Below are positions 59,632 to 64,000 of a DNA stretch of 64,000 bases, piece by piece (positions within the stretch are counted from its first letter, which is position 1; the number at the start of each line of letters is the position of its first letter). A program made the translations under genes and the position numbers. The DNA comes from Candidatus Poseidoniaceae archaeon (GTDB lineage: Archaea > Thermoplasmatota > Poseidoniia > Poseidoniales > Poseidoniaceae). The DNA is taken from NCBI GenBank assembly GCA_949372645.1, contig CASIAP010000005.1, forward strand, positions 157,094 to 221,093. The letters run 5' to 3'. The notes under the pieces are model-generated. The model worked only from the letters and a program-made list of their open reading frames with translations, was not told the DNA's origin and made no database searches.

Positions 59632-62004
59632 ATGGGTCGCCGAGGAAAACAACACAACCGCGGTTCGAAACATCGTACAAAAGGGCCACAACTCTCTGAT
59701 GATGAACGGCTTTGGAAACGGCTCTCCAGTCATTTCAGCCATGACCTGAGTCTTTGGGAAGTCGAATGGAGTGGAGAAGCCATTGCAGACTTACTGATCG
59801 AACGTGAAAACCTCGCTCGTGATTTTGCCGGTGATGGCAAAGCTGAGCGTGCTTTCCGTAGTAAAATTGATGCAACTTTAGCACAGGCTCGCTCAAAAAA
59901 TGAACATTTTATTGAAGTCGAAAATAAATGCGTTCGAATACGTTCACCGAGTGAAACTGAACAGATAAAATCTTCAGTATTGGATTGGCAAGCCTTCACC
60001 ACCGTTCATGCCTCAAAGGGCTCGACTGGCCTGCATGGTCGCCCTGCTTTGAATACAGAGAATGCACACCTCATCGATTCGGTGAGCCAAGGCGATATGG
60101 AGCGATACGCCCTGTTAGAGGACGTTTGGTTCGCCCACCTCGGAGGCGAAGATTACCCCGATTCGTTTTCACTGATGCCAGACGAAGTGGTCCGTTCATG
60201 GGGAAAGTTCGATTTAGTCAGTGAAGCCAGATTCATTGCCAATCGGCGCTCAGGATTACGATTCCGAGATGCCGAACCAAGTATGGCTTTGTTACTGGTT
60301 CAATCCGGGCGACTCAATGCTCGTAGCCTTCTCGATTTACGACTCGAAAACAAACGGAAAGGGGGTTGGAATCCCTTCCCAAGCACCTATGACCAGGCAT
60401 TAGTTGATGCAGCTGACCGTTTACCCGTATTGGATGGCGACAAAGAAGTCTCTTCCCGAAGAAAGGATTTACGGCACCTTCCTTTTGTCACCATTGACCC
60501 TCACGATGCAAAAGATTTCGATGATGCAATATGCCTCATTGAAGAAGACGGTATCCGTACATTATGGGTAGCGATTGCTGATGTAGCTCACTATGTTCAA
60601 CCTGATTCACGTTTAGACGGTGCAGCACGCGCACGTGCGACTTCAGTCTATTTGCCTCATACTGTTCTTCCAATGCTACCGCCTCGACTGGCCGATGATT
60701 TGTGCTCACTTCGAGCTGGTGTAGACCGATTGGCTATGGTGGTGGCGATGAAGATTAACAGTGAACAGGAGATGTACGATTGCAGTGCATATGAAGCAGT
60801 GATTCAAGTTGCTGAAAACATGGCGTATGAGGATGCTTTAGACAATCCTCGCTTTACTGAAATGTTCAAACTCGCTTCTCATTGGCAAGAGAAAGAAGTA
60901 CGTCTCAACATCCAAAATGCTGAATTACGCCCACGGTTGCATGGAGATGAGAACATTCGAGTCGATGTCAAATGGCCGAATGCTGCCACACAAATGATCG
61001 AATCCTTCATGGTTGCAACCAATGCTTCGGTTGGCCATTTACTCGGAAAAGTCGGCGCCCCTTTGCCGTGGCGATGCCACACACCACCTGATTCGGTTGA
61101 AGTCGAAGAATTGAATGCAAAACTCTCGGCTCTTGGAGTGGATATTGAATTACCAATGCCGAGTTTCAGGACGCATGGCCAATCCGAAGAGAGTGAACTC
61201 AACGACCTGTTGGCGGGTTGGGCTGGTGGTTCAATCGATGTTTCAGGGATGCAATCTCAAGAAGTCGAAGCAACCGATGACACTCCAGAGTATCTCTCAA
61301 GTGTGCTGGATTCTGAGGCACGACAGGATATTCTTGATGCACTTATGCAAGCTCAACTCCAGGCATCAGAACTCAAAGGCCCTGTTCGTCGAGTCGTTGA
61401 CCAAGGCCTCTTTCACTTGATGCAACGCGCCTCATACAGTGAAGAGAACTTAGGTCACTTCGGACTTAATCTCGACGCCTATGTCCACTTCACCAGTCCG
61501 ATTCGGCGCTATCCCGATTTGATGACGCACCGTCAATTAAAAGCCCATTTGCGTGGAGAAGAGTGGGTGCATTCACTTGAAGAAACAGCAAAGATTTCGA
61601 AGCATTGCAGTGAGCAAGGGCACACAGCAAAACGAATGGAGTGGGAATTGGTCGCAAATGCCTACCACCTCCACTTGTTACGTGGTGGGAAAATTGGTGG
61701 CGACAGCACAATTGACTCGACACCTCTTGAACACACCTCTTGGGCTGCACGTATTACCGGCCTGCGAACGCCATGGGTCTTCTTGGATCTCGCTGATGAT
61801 GGAGCCATTCATGGCCGTATGCATTTGCGCCAAATTGGAGGGAAAACGGAAATGAGCGTCGATGAATTTGGATTGTCAGTGATACCTGCAGAACCGGATG
61901 AACGCGGTGACCAAACCCCGATTGTTCAACTCGGGCAAATATTCCCTTGCCGATTACGTGGGCTCGATGTCTGGGCGGGTTCACTCGATTTGGCTCCGCA
62001 GTAG
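59632..62004 (+). CDS. RNB-domain exoribonuclease (RNase R/II family)
   Basis: TIDPHDAKDFDDA, VAIADV, MIESFMV, HFGL...YVHFTSPIRRYPDL. Confidence 0.93.
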   Translation: MGRRGKQHNRGSKHRTKGPQLSDDERLWKRLSSHFSHDLSLWEVEWSGEAIADLLIERENLARDFAGDGKAERAFRSKIDATLAQARSKNEHFIEVENKCVRIRSPSETEQIKSSVLDWQAFTTVHASKGSTGLHGRPALNTENAHLIDSVSQGDMERYALLEDVWFAHLGGEDYPDSFSLMPDEVVRSWGKFDLVSEARFIANRRSGLRFRDAEPSMALLLVQSGRLNARSLLDLRLENKRKGGWNPFPSTYDQALVDAADRLPVLDGDKEVSSRRKDLRHLPFVTIDPHDAKDFDDAICLIEEDGIRTLWVAIADVAHYVQPDSRLDGAARARATSVYLPHTVLPMLPPRLADDLCSLRAGVDRLAMVVAMKINSEQEMYDCSAYEAVIQVAENMAYEDALDNPRFTEMFKLASHWQEKEVRLNIQNAELRPRLHGDENIRVDVKWPNAATQMIESFMVATNASVGHLLGKVGAPLPWRCHTPPDSVEVEELNAKLSALGVDIELPMPSFRTHGQSEESELNDLLAGWAGGSIDVSGMQSQEVEATDDTPEYLSSVLDSEARQDILDALMQAQLQASELKGPVRRVVDQGLFHLMQRASYSEENLGHFGLNLDAYVHFTSPIRRYPDLMTHRQLKAHLRGEEWVHSLEETAKISKHCSEQGHTAKRMEWELVANAYHLHLLRGGKIGGDSTIDSTPLEHTSWAARITGLRTPWVFLDLADDGAIHGRMHLRQIGGKTEMSVDEFGLSVIPAEPDERGDQTPIVQLGQIFPCRLRGLDVWAGSLDLAPQ

Positions 62005-62007
62005 TAT

Positions 62008-62040
62008 TGTAGTCAAAACAAAGCGTTTATATTGACTACA
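62008..62040 (+). promoter_or_regulatory. TATA-box promoter bracketed by a 9-bp inverted repeat (putative operator)
   Basis: tgtagtcaa-N15-ttgactaca with tttata in the spacer, about 24 nt before ATG 62055. Confidence 0.65.
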
Positions 62041-62054
62041 TAAAACCCAAGACC

Positions 62055-62249
62055 ATGGCGCGAGTCAAGGCTCAGACGTGCGATTGTCAGTGTAAGATGA
62101 AGCGACTCTACACGCGAGCCGAGGGCGGCAAAGGCTGGGATCAAATCGGCTGGATGTGTAGCTGTGGTTGCGGTTGCATTACCATGGACCAAGGCGATTG
62201 GAACCTCATGCCTTGTGAAAATGATACGTGCAGTACTGTTGACGAATGA
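62055..62249 (+). CDS. Cys-rich small protein (9 Cys in 64 aa), putative metal-binding
   Basis: CDCQC and CSCGCGC motifs; ends 9 nt before copA. Confidence 0.75.
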   Translation: MARVKAQTCDCQCKMKRLYTRAEGGKGWDQIGWMCSCGCGCITMDQGDWNLMPCENDTCSTVDE

Positions 62250-62258
62250 GGTGACCAG

Positions 62259-64000
62259 ATGACAGAAGAATCGTTCACACTCAACATCACAGGCATGACC
62301 TGTGGTGCATGTGTTGCTTCGGTCGAGAAAGTCGTCTCAAAGGTCGACAGCGTGGCTGAAGTTGCAGTGAATTTACCGCTTAATCGCGCCGTTATTCGCC
62401 TTCATCCAACCGCCCAATTCAATCAAACGAAAGCCAAGGTCATCTCAGCGATTGAGCGGAGTGGTTTTGGGGCAAAGGAATCCAGGGGAAAGCCTGCTCT
62501 CTTTGGTGAAGCAAAATCAGAATTACGAAGACAAGGACAAAAGGTATCGGTCGCACTACTCTTAGCCCTACCAACGCTCTACCTCACCATGTTTGCAGAC
62601 GACATGGGGGGTGTGAATGGTGTGAACAAACGCTTGCTTTTTGCCTTCTTCACAACGTTACCTGTCTATTTCTGGTCTGGTTGGGAGTTTCATATGAGGG
62701 CTTGGAAATCCCTACGCAGTGGAACTGCCAACATGGATGTGCTCGTTCATTTAGGGACTACCGTAGCATTTGTCTGGTCTTTTCTGATTACATTCGAGCC
62801 ATCTTTGCCTTTCCTTCCCTCAGTGTTTAGTACCGCAACACATGTGTTCTTTGATGGCGTTGTATTCATCATTGGTTTCGTATTACTCGGCAATTGGATG
62901 GAGGCTGCAGCGAAACTCAAAGCAACCGATGCCATACATTCGTTAATGGAAATGCAACCAAAACAAGCCAGAGTGATTACCGATGAAGCAAGTGGATATT
63001 CTGAAACTCGAGAGGTAGAGGCTGTTGCGCCCGGTTCACTGATCAAAGTACTGCTAGGAGAAACAATCCCTTTGGATGGCGTGCTGTTTCAATGCAAAGC
63101 GAGCATCGATGAATCGATGATGACAGGAGAGCCGTATCCAGTTCGGAAAAACGATGGCGAGAGCGTTTCAGCTGGTACAATTGTTCTCGACGGTACCGTC
63201 TTCATCCGAACCACCCGCCCTTCCGAAGACACCTTACTTGCGGGTATCATCACTTTGGTGGAAGAGGCACAAATGGGCAAGGCACCCATCCAACGACTTG
63301 TTGACCGGATCGCAGCAGTTTTCGTTCCTTTGGTCGTCATAATGGCTCTACTCGCCGCATTCTTCTGGTGGATGTATCCTGACTCATCGGCGTATAACCC
63401 AATGGCGACGAATGCTGAACTCGCCATGATGGTTCTCGTTTCGACTTTGGTTATTGCTTGCCCTTGTGCCTTGGGTCTTGCAACGCCGACCGCTCTCATT
63501 GTTGGCACTGGTGTTGGCGCAAAGAATGGTCTACTCATCAAAGGCATAGAAGCACTGGAAAATGCACACAAAACCGATACCTTAGTCGTCGATAAAACAG
63601 GAACGCTCACCTCTGGAAAACCAAGAGTCAGCCATATTGAAATGCTCGATTGTGAAGTCAAGGAAATCCTTGGAATTGCTGCCTCTCTTGAAGAAGAATC
63701 AACGCACCCACTGGCAACTGCCATTCAGACCTCATGGGCGAATGTGTCCTCTTCACGGCCCGAGATGAGCGGAATTAAAACCATGCCTGGCCTTGGAATG
63801 ATTGGCAAATACGGCGAGGCTGTCGTCGCCATTGGAAACGCTGAACTGATGGAAGAGGTCGGTGTAAAAATCGATCAAGAAGTCGAAGAAAAACTGGCGT
63901 TGGCTGCTACGAAAGGTGTGACGCTCGTGTTGGTCAGTCAAGGTAAGCGCCTGCTCGGTTGGATTGAAGCAAAAGACCGTGTTCGAGAATCTTCAGAAAA
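62259..64000 (+). CDS. copA: Copper-type P1B ATPase (runs off the window)
   Basis: GAGGTGA RBS; GMTCGAC metal-binding domain, NMDVL, TGE, CPCALGLATP, DKTGT, HP motifs. Confidence 0.93.
   Translation, partial: MTEESFTLNITGMTCGACVASVEKVVSKVDSVAEVAVNLPLNRAVIRLHPTAQFNQTKAKVISAIERSGFGAKESRGKPALFGEAKSELRRQGQKVSVALLLALPTLYLTMFADDMGGVNGVNKRLLFAFFTTLPVYFWSGWEFHMRAWKSLRSGTANMDVLVHLGTTVAFVWSFLITFEPSLPFLPSVFSTATHVFFDGVVFIIGFVLLGNWMEAAAKLKATDAIHSLMEMQPKQARVITDEASGYSETREVEAVAPGSLIKVLLGETIPLDGVLFQCKASIDESMMTGEPYPVRKNDGESVSAGTIVLDGTVFIRTTRPSEDTLLAGIITLVEEAQMGKAPIQRLVDRIAAVFVPLVVIMALLAAFFWWMYPDSSAYNPMATNAELAMMVLVSTLVIACPCALGLATPTALIVGTGVGAKNGLLIKGIEALENAHKTDTLVVDKTGTLTSGKPRVSHIEMLDCEVKEILGIAASLEEESTHPLATAIQTSWANVSSSRPEMSGIKTMPGLGMIGKYGEAVVAIGNAELMEEVGVKIDQEVEEKLALAATKGVTLVLVSQGKRLLGWIEAKDRVRESSE

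Noticed and set aside
62747-63941. Minus-strand ORFs over the window end
   Set aside because: Antisense to copA, which the ORF track missed because its stop lies outside the window

Overview
Archaeal genomic DNA, most likely Marine Group II (Ca. Poseidoniales). This is inferred from archaeal secE-spt5-rpl11-rpl1-rpl10(P0)-rpl12(P1), an FtsZ2-type ftsZ, an intron-containing tRNA-Tyr, PGF-CTERM proteins, photolyases and giant repeat surface proteins. Housekeeping genes (ftsZ, hisS, uppS, PMM/PGM, r-proteins, RNB nuclease, copA) alternate with five very large predicted surface-protein genes. The main signal is that three of these genes carry blocks of exactly 7 repeats (predicted 7-bladed beta-propellers). 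Their scaffolds are nearly identical at DNA level while two short sites per repeat vary combinatorially, and one 29-nt tract looks like gene conversion. Two giant genes sit in bounded cassettes: one between 62-bp direct repeats, the other between tRNA-Tyr and a 14-bp copy of its T-arm. Degenerate hairpin-containing repeats ending in the tRNA 3' end follow the tRNA. Other oddities are a uL11 lacking its N-terminal domain, a NUDIX-like domain fused to Spt5, a K-turn/ACA structured-RNA candidate after rpl12, and a 9-Cys microprotein with a palindromic operator before copA. Five frameshifts may be sequencing errors. No integrase, transposase, reverse transcriptase or CRISPR array was seen. All calls are by eye, without database searches.
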